From a virus: a DNA stretch of 64,000 nucleotides. This document shows, in pieces, positions 56,950-64,000 of this stretch (its first letter is position 1; each line of letters starts with the position of its first letter). The stretch spans positions 1-64,000 of IMG/VR virus record IMGVR_UViG_3300046514_000653; one strand, given 5' to 3'. The position numbers and the translations under genes were made by a program. The notes beneath the pieces are model-generated. The model was not told the DNA's origin. It ran no database searches and was given only the letters and a program-made list of their open reading frames with translations.

Positions 56950-57087
56950 AGTAAATATCCTTTAGCCAAAGGGCGGCAGGAAGGGTTAGTAGCTGCCGCC
57001 CTCGTCTCTGGCAGAAAGCGAGTCCGGAGGGTGCTCGCTCTCCCGTCTGCGTACTAGGATACCAATTGAGTAAGAACTACGCTCGGA

Positions 57088-57564
57088 TTACGCTCGCTTT
57101 AAAAAGCGCTGCCAATCCTGTTGATTACCACCGAGGACAATCACGCGGCTAGACTTGGTCTGTTGCAGCGTTGCGCGAAGGGCGGCATGAAGAGTCTCAG
57201 TGTCCTTTGGGGAGTCGGCAAGCATCTCTTCTCTGCGCCGGTTGATCGTCGCTTCATCGTTCGCCCGCGCATTAGTAAAGCCGATTGTCACGTGATCCTG
57301 GTCCGCAACTTTCACTTTGAAACTCCCCATCATCGCACCCGACCAGCGCCAGTCTCGAATAGGCGCTCGATTACGAAGAAGTTTACGGCGAGCGTATTTG
57401 TCGATGAGAGCTTTTGCTTTAGAGTCCTGGGAGTTAATCCCTCGTGCGATCCGGTCGGACTTTGTGTCGACCATGACTTGACCAAGCGTCTTCATTTGCT
57501 CAGAGGAGAGCGGAGAGAGCGTGAATTTAAGATCTCGGACGTTGGTCTCGAAGCGCTTGCCCAT
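57088..57564 (-). CDS. tail completion / virion morphogenesis protein
   Basis: basic, 158 aa; RIARG...L...YARRK...DW.WSGAMM.S....IGF. Confidence 0.6.
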   Translation of the reverse strand: MGKRFETNVRDLKFTLSPLSSEQMKTLGQVMVDTKSDRIARGINSQDSKAKALIDKYARRKLLRNRAPIRDWRWSGAMMGSFKVKVADQDHVTIGFTNARANDEATINRRREEMLADSPKDTETLHAALRATLQQTKSSRVIVLGGNQQDWQRFLKRA

Positions 57565-57573
57565 GAGTCCATT

Positions 57574-58068
57574 CTAACGTTTTGCGCGTTCACTAGCTTC
57601 TCTCATCCTTCTCTCCATCTCGGCCTTCTTCCGCTTTGCTTCCGCATCTTCCATCATCCAATTCGAACGTTCAGAGTCAAGTGTATTCAGAGCCCGGTGC
57701 TCTTCCATCGTGATCTCATCAAGCCCTAGATGATAACGCTTAATCAATACGTCTAATTCAAGGACGCGAGTCAACAGACGGCCAGCGCGAGAGAAATTCC
57801 AGTGATGTCGCATGAGTGGCGTGGGACAGGCATCACAAGGGAGGATCTTAGAGTTGGTTGAATCACACACCGGACAGTTTTGTAACGTCTCCGGATCGTC
57901 GAATGTCCATTCTTTACCACAGTCGTTACAGGCCGCGTTTCGCGAGCTGATACACCCCAGCGGACCTTTCTCGCCGCCGCGGCAAAGAACGGATTCACGC
58001 AACAGCCGGTGAAGGAGGAGACGGAACGTTACCGGCTCCGGCCATTCATCCGGCGCGATTAGTTTGGG
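57574..58068 (-). CDS. tail assembly chaperone C-terminal extension (gpGT-like, via -1 frameshift)
   Basis: -1 frame is open from the slippery heptamer CCCAAAC (58068-58062) to the stop at 57574; contains CxxC motifs. Confidence 0.7.
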   Translation of the reverse strand, partial: PKLIAPDEWPEPVTFRLLLHRLLRESVLCRGGEKGPLGCISSRNAACNDCGKEWTFDDPETLQNCPVCDSTNSKILPCDACPTPLMRHHWNFSRAGRLLTRVLELDVLIKRYHLGLDEITMEEHRALNTLDSERSNWMMEDAEAKRKKAEMERRMREASERAKR

Positions 58069-58715
58069 TCGGTAGCGTCCTGCTCTTCAAGCCCAAGCTT
58101 GTACATGAGCGAGTTGATCACTGTGCGTTTGTGGTGGATCGGGACAGCAGTGCCAGGGGCGTATCCTGCGGAGGACTGGATGATGGCATCGAAGAGTTCC
58201 GCGGGGACCTGGACTGGATAGCGCTGTTCCTGCATGCCATCGGGGAGATCGACGGGAGACATAATGAACTTACGATAGCGCTCGGCTTCAGAGGCTTTCG
58301 GCATGCGGAGAGTGTGGACGATGGGGATACGCTCTCCATTGTCGTCTTTGTCATCGAGTGGAGTGGCCAGGGTGACGACGAAGAGATCACCGTCATGGAG
58401 ACAAGAGAGCATGCGGTGGAAGCTGATCTCACCCAGCGCCTTGCGCATTTCCGCTTCGTCAAACTCTTCCCCATTATCGAGACGAAGTAGTTTGAAGAGC
58501 GTCGCTTCAGCCCGGACGTTGTTCTTATCCTCTGACACCGACTTCCCGCGGCCGAGAGTCTTGACAATCGTGCGCTGCGAGTTCAGGAACGGAATGATCT
58601 CTTCACTCGTCGGCAAACGCAGGAAAGCTATTTTCTTCGGATACTTGATGGAGACAGGAAATGCCTCAATCTCCTTACCGTCTTCTGTCTTTACTTTTGG
58701 AAGCTGACCGTACAT
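58059..58715 (-). CDS. tail assembly chaperone (gpG-like)
   Basis: between tail tube and tape measure; ends GAC CCA AAC TAA. Confidence 0.75.
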   Translation of the reverse strand: MYGQLPKVKTEDGKEIEAFPVSIKYPKKIAFLRLPTSEEIIPFLNSQRTIVKTLGRGKSVSEDKNNVRAEATLFKLLRLDNGEEFDEAEMRKALGEISFHRMLSCLHDGDLFVVTLATPLDDKDDNGERIPIVHTLRMPKASEAERYRKFIMSPVDLPDGMQEQRYPVQVPAELFDAIIQSSAGYAPGTAVPIHHKRTVINSLMYKLGLEEQDATDPN

Positions 58716-58794
58716 GTGTTGATTTTCCCCTTAGTGTTATACAAACTTACCGCCGAGTCACTACAGGGAGAGGATAACACAGTAAGCCTAGAGA

Positions 58795-58829
58795 CAAAAA
58801 GAGCAGGTGGCTTTTTAGTTCCACCTGCT
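58795..58829 (-). terminator. intrinsic terminator
   Basis: 9-bp stem AGCAGGTGG/CCACCTGCT followed by CTTTTT on the - strand. Confidence 0.7.
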
Positions 58830-58907
58830 GTTTAAGGTTCCCAAGTGCGAAAGGCTCACAAGAAATACAAGCAGACTTAAGTATACCAGAATTGAAAGCT
58901 GGCTAAT

Positions 58908-59291
58908 CTAGTTACTAGCCATCGAGCGAATCTTGAGATTCACGATACCTGCGTTTGTCACGTAGGCTGTCGTCACGTCGCCGGCAAAGGGACAGCGAGC
59001 GATTGCATCAGTGGCGAGAGTCCAGATCAAGACTTGATTGGCGACGAGGGCAATGGTGTCCTGCGGAGCACTGCCGCTAGGATTGTTAGTGAAGATTGTG
59101 CAAGGACCGTCAGCAGAGATGACGATGCTCTTCAGCTTTGAATGCGTAAAGGCCAGTTGAATCTGAGTGTTCGCGCCGACAGCAACCTGCTTGTCCAGGT
59201 TGTGCGCCACCTCAGAGGTGATTGTTTCGTTAAAGGAGAGACCCGAAGCGCTCTCGTCCTTGTACGTCCTGGTCACTGTGTGCGTCGGCAT
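58908..59291 (-). CDS. probable virion structural protein
   Basis: 127 aa; beta-rich; AAGGAG RBS; after tail tube. Confidence 0.65.
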   Translation of the reverse strand: MPTHTVTRTYKDESASGLSFNETITSEVAHNLDKQVAVGANTQIQLAFTHSKLKSIVISADGPCTIFTNNPSGSAPQDTIALVANQVLIWTLATDAIARCPFAGDVTTAYVTNAGIVNLKIRSMASN

Positions 59292-59319
59292 GACTCAATT
59301 CTCCTTATTGACTAATGGA

Positions 59320-60321
59320 TTACTGGCAGATGTCGGTGAGATCGTTCTTACTGGTGAACGTCAAGATCGTACTGTCGGAAGTCTTGAACTGGATGGCTGC
59401 ATTGACAGAGACTGCGACAAGCCCTTCTTCGCTCGTGCGGTCAACAGAAGCCAGAGAGACCTGAGACAGATCCCATTGAACGAAGTGCGTTGCGTCCTTC
59501 TGCAGTTTCAGCGACGCTGTGCCGGGCGTCTGTGCGATCAAAGCGGCCAGTTCAGGGCTGGTTGCTTTCAGAAAAGCTGTGATCTGCAGAGAAGGGACAC
59601 GAGGACCGAAGAAGATTGTGCTTCCTACAGCCGCGCCGTCCTGCACACCGGAGCCAGGTCTGTACATCAGACGTTCGAGCAGGTTGTTCTTCCACGAGAT
59701 TGTACCGGAGAGGATGGAAGAGTCGGCGACGTAATCATGGCCGAGGAGCGAGAGGGAGAGAGTGGCCGATAGAAGTTCGTTCTCAGCCAGTGCCGCGGGA
59801 AGAGAGACACCGGATGGGAAGACGTGGCGTCCGGTACCGAGCAGGGTGACTGAGGTGGTCGAGTCGTTGCGGGTTGGACCAAAGGAGAAGGTGGTCGAGA
59901 CTTCCTCTACCTGCACGCCGATCAGCGCTTCGTCAACCGCCATCCCTCCACCTTCCGCGAGCTGCGCGACGAAGGAGGTGTAAGGGAGTTCGAGCGAGAC
60001 GCCAGGGTCCTGAGGGACGGCGGTGTAGAGAGACGAGGCGAGCCCCACGTTGCCGAGCGCATAGCACCATGCCAGTGCGGTGAATTCGGCCGTGGTCACC
60101 TTCTGAAACCGGTGCTGGAAAGCCCAGTTATCCAGATAGACCTTGGAGATGAATTCATTCCCTTTACCGATCTCATTCGCATCGGTCTCGGTGACAAGCC
60201 GGATGGTATCGACTTCCTGCGAGAGCTGACGGAATCGCTTAATCCCGGTAGAGATGGTATGGGAGTCGACTTGTTTCGCCGACCCGATTCCGAATGCGTA
60301 CGCTTGTACTCTGTTAGGCAT
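59320..60321 (-). CDS. major tail (tube) protein
   Basis: 333 aa; AAGGAG RBS; high GC3; between tail terminator and chaperones. Confidence 0.75.
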   Translation of the reverse strand: MPNRVQAYAFGIGSAKQVDSHTISTGIKRFRQLSQEVDTIRLVTETDANEIGKGNEFISKVYLDNWAFQHRFQKVTTAEFTALAWCYALGNVGLASSLYTAVPQDPGVSLELPYTSFVAQLAEGGGMAVDEALIGVQVEEVSTTFSFGPTRNDSTTSVTLLGTGRHVFPSGVSLPAALAENELLSATLSLSLLGHDYVADSSILSGTISWKNNLLERLMYRPGSGVQDGAAVGSTIFFGPRVPSLQITAFLKATSPELAALIAQTPGTASLKLQKDATHFVQWDLSQVSLASVDRTSEEGLVAVSVNAAIQFKTSDSTILTFTSKNDLTDICQ

Positions 60322-60377
60322 GGAAGTGATTTCTCCTTAGCAAACAACTAATCAACTGTAGCAGATAGTAAGAACGT

Positions 60378-60872
60378 TTACGAGTCCCCTTGTTCGGGAA
60401 TGGACACGAGAATTTTGAAGTAGTCCTGCTCTTGACTATCTGTCTGCCCCTGGATCGTAGGAGTATCACAAGGGAGAAGTTCAGGGAGTAAAGAAGCTGT
60501 ACGAAAGTTTTGGTTAAATGCACTTGGAACAGTCAATGGGTTATTCATGAGCATCCAAGCAATGTGCAAAGGCGAGGAGTGAGTTTGTGCTACGTTCCCG
60601 CCTTCTGCTGCATTGTTAGGACGAATGAAGATCTCCAGTCGATGCTTCCAGCGGCCGTAACCAGAGATAGAGCCTTCAAGAAGATCGAGATATGCAACCA
60701 TCACTGTACCAGCCGGCTGCTGTTCTATCGCGCGGGTAAGGGAGTTGTCGACACCGTAGAGATACTGATGGGCATAGATATTGTTCACGTCGCCACCAAC
60801 TTCACGCACTACATCATTGATTGACTGTAGAGAAGTGATGACAGAGGCAAGGACAAGATCTGGATCAAGCAT
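60378..60872 (-). CDS. putative tail terminator protein
   Basis: 164 aa; position upstream of tail tube. Confidence 0.6.
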   Translation of the reverse strand: MLDPDLVLASVITSLQSINDVVREVGGDVNNIYAHQYLYGVDNSLTRAIEQQPAGTVMVAYLDLLEGSISGYGRWKHRLEIFIRPNNAAEGGNVAQTHSSPLHIAWMLMNNPLTVPSAFNQNFRTASLLPELLPCDTPTIQGQTDSQEQDYFKILVSIPEQGDS

Positions 60873-60882
60873 GGGAGTCTAC

Positions 60883-61242
60883 TTAATCCCTCCAGATTGG
60901 AACAGGGACTGTCTGTCCGCGGAGTTTATGAGCGCAGTCCATGAGGAATTGGATCTGCCCGTCCTTTACGTAAATGTGACAGATACGTGCCGGGTCGTCC
61001 TTAAAGCAGACGAGTGAAGGCAGGAATGTAGGTTTGGTTAACGACCCATTCCAGGTCCATTGTGGACGTTGTGCCGCGTCTCCGCCGACATGATAGGGAT
61101 GATCAAAGCCGCAGCCGGGACAGTGGAAGACAAAGATCCTCTGCCCTCCATGCTTCGGATATTCGTGTATTACATCCTCTGCGCTTGTCTTCTGTTCTAT
61201 TACTGGTTCCATGGCAGATTCCTTGTCTTCAACTTCATCCAT
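60883..61242 (-). CDS. DUF6527-like Cys/His metal-binding protein
   Basis: FHCPGC...H, WTWNGS..KPTF.PS, CHIYV.DG.IQFL.DC.H.L.GQTV. Confidence 0.75.
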   Translation of the reverse strand: MDEVEDKESAMEPVIEQKTSAEDVIHEYPKHGGQRIFVFHCPGCGFDHPYHVGGDAAQRPQWTWNGSLTKPTFLPSLVCFKDDPARICHIYVKDGQIQFLMDCAHKLRGQTVPVPIWRD

Positions 61243-61556
61243 CCTCCGCCGACCTGATCCGCCACCACCTCATTCACGTCGTAATCTACTCCATTGAGAG
61301 TAGCTGTGTCGCCTTTGCGCGGGCGCCGAGATAAGGCAAGGAATGTAGAAGAAGCAATCCACAAGTGCAAAAGAGCAGACCCAGGATTTGACCCAGGTAC
61401 ATAATCGTCTTGAAATTGCGGGTCAGATTGAGTGGCAATGACATTGAAGTCGGCTCCATTAGGACGCGGGTGGATGATGATGGAGAAGTCCGAAACAGCG
61501 GATTCAATGGCCGCATCCGCATCCTGAAATAATTGTGCGAAGTTGGATAGAGCCAT
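61200..61556 (-). CDS. head-tail joining protein (lambda gpFII-like)
   Basis: P.KGDT.TLNGV.Y.V.EV..D..GG..MKL. Confidence 0.7.
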   Translation of the reverse strand: MALSNFAQLFQDADAAIESAVSDFSIIIHPRPNGADFNVIATQSDPQFQDDYVPGSNPGSALLHLWIASSTFLALSRRPRKGDTATLNGVDYDVNEVVADQVGGGWMKLKTRNLPWNQ

Positions 61557-61595
61557 GGTGTAGCTGCACTCGCGGCTGGTTACTAGCCGCGCAGA

Positions 61596-62027
61596 TTAGT
61601 GGACTCCGTACATCGAGCCGTTGACGAGAGCGGAAGCGTCAACAGACCATTTCATGCCATTGCGGAAACGGGTTTGGTTCAAAGGGATCACCCAGGTTGT
61701 TTTCGCTGCTATAGGTGAAGCGGAGAAGAGCGCGAAAGGCGTCGGGCTCTGCATGTCCTGGATGGTAAGGTTGTGAGAAACAGTATCTGTGTTGGAGATG
61801 ACCAGGACGATGATATCCACGTCTGTGTTTGTCGTGCCGCCTTCAAGGACAGTCGCGAAGCCAAGTGAGGTTGGGATCGTCTGCATCGTCACGTGCATAG
61901 GACGGCCGGAGGTAGCAGCATGAACGGAGAGAGGCGGATTGGATATGGGGAGCACGAAGACAAACAGGGCGCTCAATAAAAGCAGGCCGAAGGCACCTAA
62001 ATAACGTTTGAAAGTCATGCTCTCCAT
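61596..62027 (-). CDS. small beta-sandwich protein with N-terminal signal/TM segment
   Basis: KRYLGAFGLLLLSALFVFVLP...VHA|A; within the head gene cluster. Confidence 0.7.
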   Translation of the reverse strand: MESMTFKRYLGAFGLLLLSALFVFVLPISNPPLSVHAATSGRPMHVTMQTIPTSLGFATVLEGGTTNTDVDIIVLVISNTDTVSHNLTIQDMQSPTPFALFSASPIAAKTTWVIPLNQTRFRNGMKWSVDASALVNGSMYGVH

Positions 62028-62058
62028 TCTCCTCTACCTTCTTAAATTACTGCGCACG

Positions 62059-62541
62059 CTAATTCGTGCATTCCATAAAATACACTTCGATCTCCAGAAC
62101 GCCGGCAGTCAGAGCGGCGACAGCGACAGTGCAGGTGATCTTACCTGCGGCTGTCATCTTGAACGCAGAGCCCGCAGTAAAGACCGGGATGAGTGGAAGG
62201 ATGGCATTGAGCGAGTAGGTCGCAACCGCGGTAGCTGCCTTAAGGGAAGCCGCGGAGGACCCGGCGCTTGTGCCGATGGCAATTGTTGCCGTAGCTCCAG
62301 CTAGAGCTGTCGTAGGGATGGCGAGACCACCAAAGACAATAGCATTGGCTGGGATCACTGCATTACGTACAGGAGTGATCAGACCAATAACTCCGCCGTC
62401 TGCGGCAAAGTTATAGATGGCCTTTGCCTTACGCATAAGACCGACGCCTTCCTGTGAAGCCTTCTGGAAGCGGGTGGCGTTTGCGCCTTGCAGTCCGAAG
62501 AATGGGGCGATGATGGGAGAGCCGGGACGAGTGATTGCCAT
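62059..62541 (-). CDS. probable head decoration/cement protein
   Basis: 160 aa; Ala/Thr/Gly-rich; IPANAIV.GG; AAGGAG RBS. Confidence 0.6.
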   Translation of the reverse strand: MAITRPGSPIIAPFFGLQGANATRFQKASQEGVGLMRKAKAIYNFAADGGVIGLITPVRNAVIPANAIVFGGLAIPTTALAGATATIAIGTSAGSSAASLKAATAVATYSLNAILPLIPVFTAGSAFKMTAAGKITCTVAVAALTAGVLEIEVYFMECTN

Positions 62542-62588
62542 AGGGTGCTATAGCTCCTTTGTTTACGGTCTTAAAAAAGACTCTATAT

Positions 62589-62780
62589 CTACTTCTTATT
62601 TTGGCGCTTCGGCTTATAGCCAGAGGAGCTAACAGGTTCTGGGACTACGGGCTTCTTAACTACTTGCGTGGCGCTACTTGCTACATCGGTCATCGGCTCA
62701 ATATGCCGCTGTTCGTACAGCAATTTCAATCGGCGTGGCGGAAGAGATTCCATTGGGAGTACTGATCCCGCAGGCAACAT
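62589..62780 (-). CDS. small capsid-associated hypothetical protein
   Basis: 3' part of ORF 62589..63107; start uncertain. Confidence 0.45.
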   Translation of the reverse strand: MLPAGSVLPMESLPPRRLKLLYEQRHIEPMTDVASSATQVVKKPVVPEPVSSSGYKPKRQNKK

Positions 62781-62844
62781 CACCCCCTCTCGGAGCAGCG
62801 GCCGGGCGGTCCGGAATTGCGGGACTCCCGCGGCTACTACGTCC

Positions 62845-63204
62845 TTAAACTTTGCTCTCTTTTGCAGCACGTTTCCCCTTCTTCTTGCCGTTCTCGGTCC
62901 CGTTCTCAGACAATGCACTGATGCTATCGCCGATGCCAGTGAGACGCGCGTGACGCATGGCAATGGCCATGGAGTTGGAGACTCCAGACATCCGCGCTCG
63001 CCGCGGAGCAGCAATCCTACGCGCTTCTGCCGCCGCCGCAGCCTGAAGACTTTCTTCCTTCGCCAGATGCTCGATGTGAAGATGCAGAGAATGTTGTGTC
63101 TCTGCAATCACCGTTAGCTCTGCAGGACCAAGGGACCGGTGCTGACAAAAGATGTAATGATCCAGCGAGGCTAGAAGCACGCGAGACTTTTCAAGATCCG
63201 TCAT
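62845..63204 (-). CDS. hypothetical protein
   Basis: ATG at 63204 with AAGGGG upstream. Confidence 0.55.
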   Translation of the reverse strand: MTDLEKSRVLLASLDHYIFCQHRSLGPAELTVIAETQHSLHLHIEHLAKEESLQAAAAAEARRIAAPRRARMSGVSNSMAIAMRHARLTGIGDSISALSENGTENGKKKGKRAAKESKV

Positions 63205-63258
63205 AACCGATCCCCTTCCAAATGATTCAACCAACCTTCACCGAAAGCGCTCTAAGAT

Positions 63259-64000
63259 TTAGCTGACTGCGCCGGAGATGAACGCGCCCATTTCCTTCGC
63301 GGTCTGCTGATAGATGTAGGCCAACTCCATCTCGACGCGAGTGGACTCGTTCTCGTCGATGTAGAAGCTCTTCATGCGGCCACCGAGAGCAGAAGCACCC
63401 AGATAGCCGTTCCAGGAGTAGCAGAAGCCAGAGCCGGGGATGCCGAGCCCTGCGGACTGCGGCGTGTAGACCAACAGCACATGCTTGCCGCCGATGAACG
63501 CATTGGTCTCGGTAGCGTTGATCGAGGTGCCACCCGAGTCCGGACCAACACCCTCTTCGCCGTTGTTGACGATGCCATCCATGACCAGCACTTCTTCGAG
63601 TTCGAAGAGCTGAGCCATGGCGCGTTTCGCCACCTGTGCAGGCGCGTCGTTGGTGCCACCGAACTTGATGCGCTCAATGAAGTCCGGATGATCACAGAGT
63701 TTGTCGAAGACCTGGCGACCGAGAACCATCTTGTTCGGACGCATCAGGCCAGCGAGCTGCACGCGATTCTTGAGATCGCGGATGTCGGCGATGGGAGTGG
63801 ACCCGGTGTAGTCATCCCATTGCTGAACAGAAGTACCTGCGGTCGCGCCGGAGGTAACGCCAGTGATGTCGGTCGTCCACAGGCCGGAGTTGAAGAAGGC
63901 CGTCGCCCACGACTGCTCCTTGTTGATCATGGCCTGCTGGGTCAGATACTTCGTGGCGTCGGCGTCCAAGTTGAACGGGAAGTCGGCGTTGGCACGAGTC
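63259..64000 (-). CDS. major capsid protein (5' end outside the window)
   Basis: W.D...STPIADI, PNKMVLG..VFDKL..HP...ERIK, PGSGFCYSW, GAFISGAV: lambda gpE-like HK97 fold. Confidence 0.88.
   Translation of the reverse strand, partial: TRANADFPFNLDADATKYLTQQAMINKEQSWATAFFNSGLWTTDITGVTSGATAGTSVQQWDDYTGSTPIADIRDLKNRVQLAGLMRPNKMVLGRQVFDKLCDHPDFIERIKFGGTNDAPAQVAKRAMAQLFELEEVLVMDGIVNNGEEGVGPDSGGTSINATETNAFIGGKHVLLVYTPQSAGLGIPGSGFCYSWNGYLGASALGGRMKSFYIDENESTRVEMELAYIYQQTAKEMGAFISGAVS

Larger units (their letters stand above)
3957..61586. repeat. dispersed 11-bp palindrome CTAGTWACTAG
   Basis: perfect copies start at 3957, 6756, 7341, 17089, 22023, 29884, 36569, 46290, 46348, 58908; one-mismatch copies at 9555, 13091, 22807, 28437, 49062, 54644, 61576. 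Confidence 0.92.

Noticed and set aside
3957-61586. CTAGTWACTAG as a CRISPR repeat or TrpR operator
   Set aside because: Copies are kilobases apart with no spacer periodicity. The trp operator core has a 4-nt spacer (CTAGTTAACTAG), not 3, and no trp genes are present.
62589-63107. Frameshift fusion of 62845..63204 into the downstream ORF
   Set aside because: It would need a +1 shift at GTT TAA with poor tRNA re-pairing; an independent start near 62780 is simpler.
1-64000. tRNA genes, integrase/att sites, diversity-generating retroelement
   Set aside because: No cloverleaf with a T-loop consensus in intergenic DNA, no recombinase or reverse transcriptase motifs, and no TR/VR pair seen. This was manual inspection only; tRNAscan-SE and HMM searches would be needed to confirm.

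Overview
This is about 64 kb of a tailed dsDNA phage genome (siphovirus-like). No rRNA, tRNA, CRISPR array or integrase was recognised. Layout: (1) 1-6600, + strand, a block of unknown 'early' genes ending at a strong hairpin; (2) a non-coding gap, then a C5 cytosine methyltransferase with a second long reading frame inside it (- strand); (3) 8850-33980, + strand, regulators (RHH, XRE-HTH, ParB-like), replication/recombination genes (AAA ATPase, macrodomain, DinG helicase, PD-(D/E)XK nuclease, AAA_24/Sak4-like ATPase, ERCC4 nuclease, minimal AEP-like protein) and a family A DNA polymerase split into a UDG+3'-5' exonuclease gene and a polymerase gene 6.4 kb apart, with PEP-CTERM, cohesin-dockerin and DUF2130 genes between the halves; (4) 33950-64000, - strand, the virion module: partial major capsid, head-tail and tail genes, a tail chaperone pair with a -1 frameshift site, tape measure, tail tip, three large fibre/spike-like proteins that all begin with Sec-type signal peptides, then small membrane proteins and a lipase. 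The PEP-CTERM and cohesin-type proteins point to a Gram-negative host, possibly Acidobacteriota (inference). The most striking unexplained signals are an 11-bp palindrome CTAGTWACTAG scattered over the whole window (10 perfect and at least 7 one-mismatch copies found by eye) in a phage that encodes a ParB-like protein with a histone-like tail, the signal peptides on virion-module proteins, the dual-frame methyltransferase with five tandem modules, and strong CGCGCG enrichment confined to the first 7 kb. All family assignments come from motif recognition by eye, not database searches.
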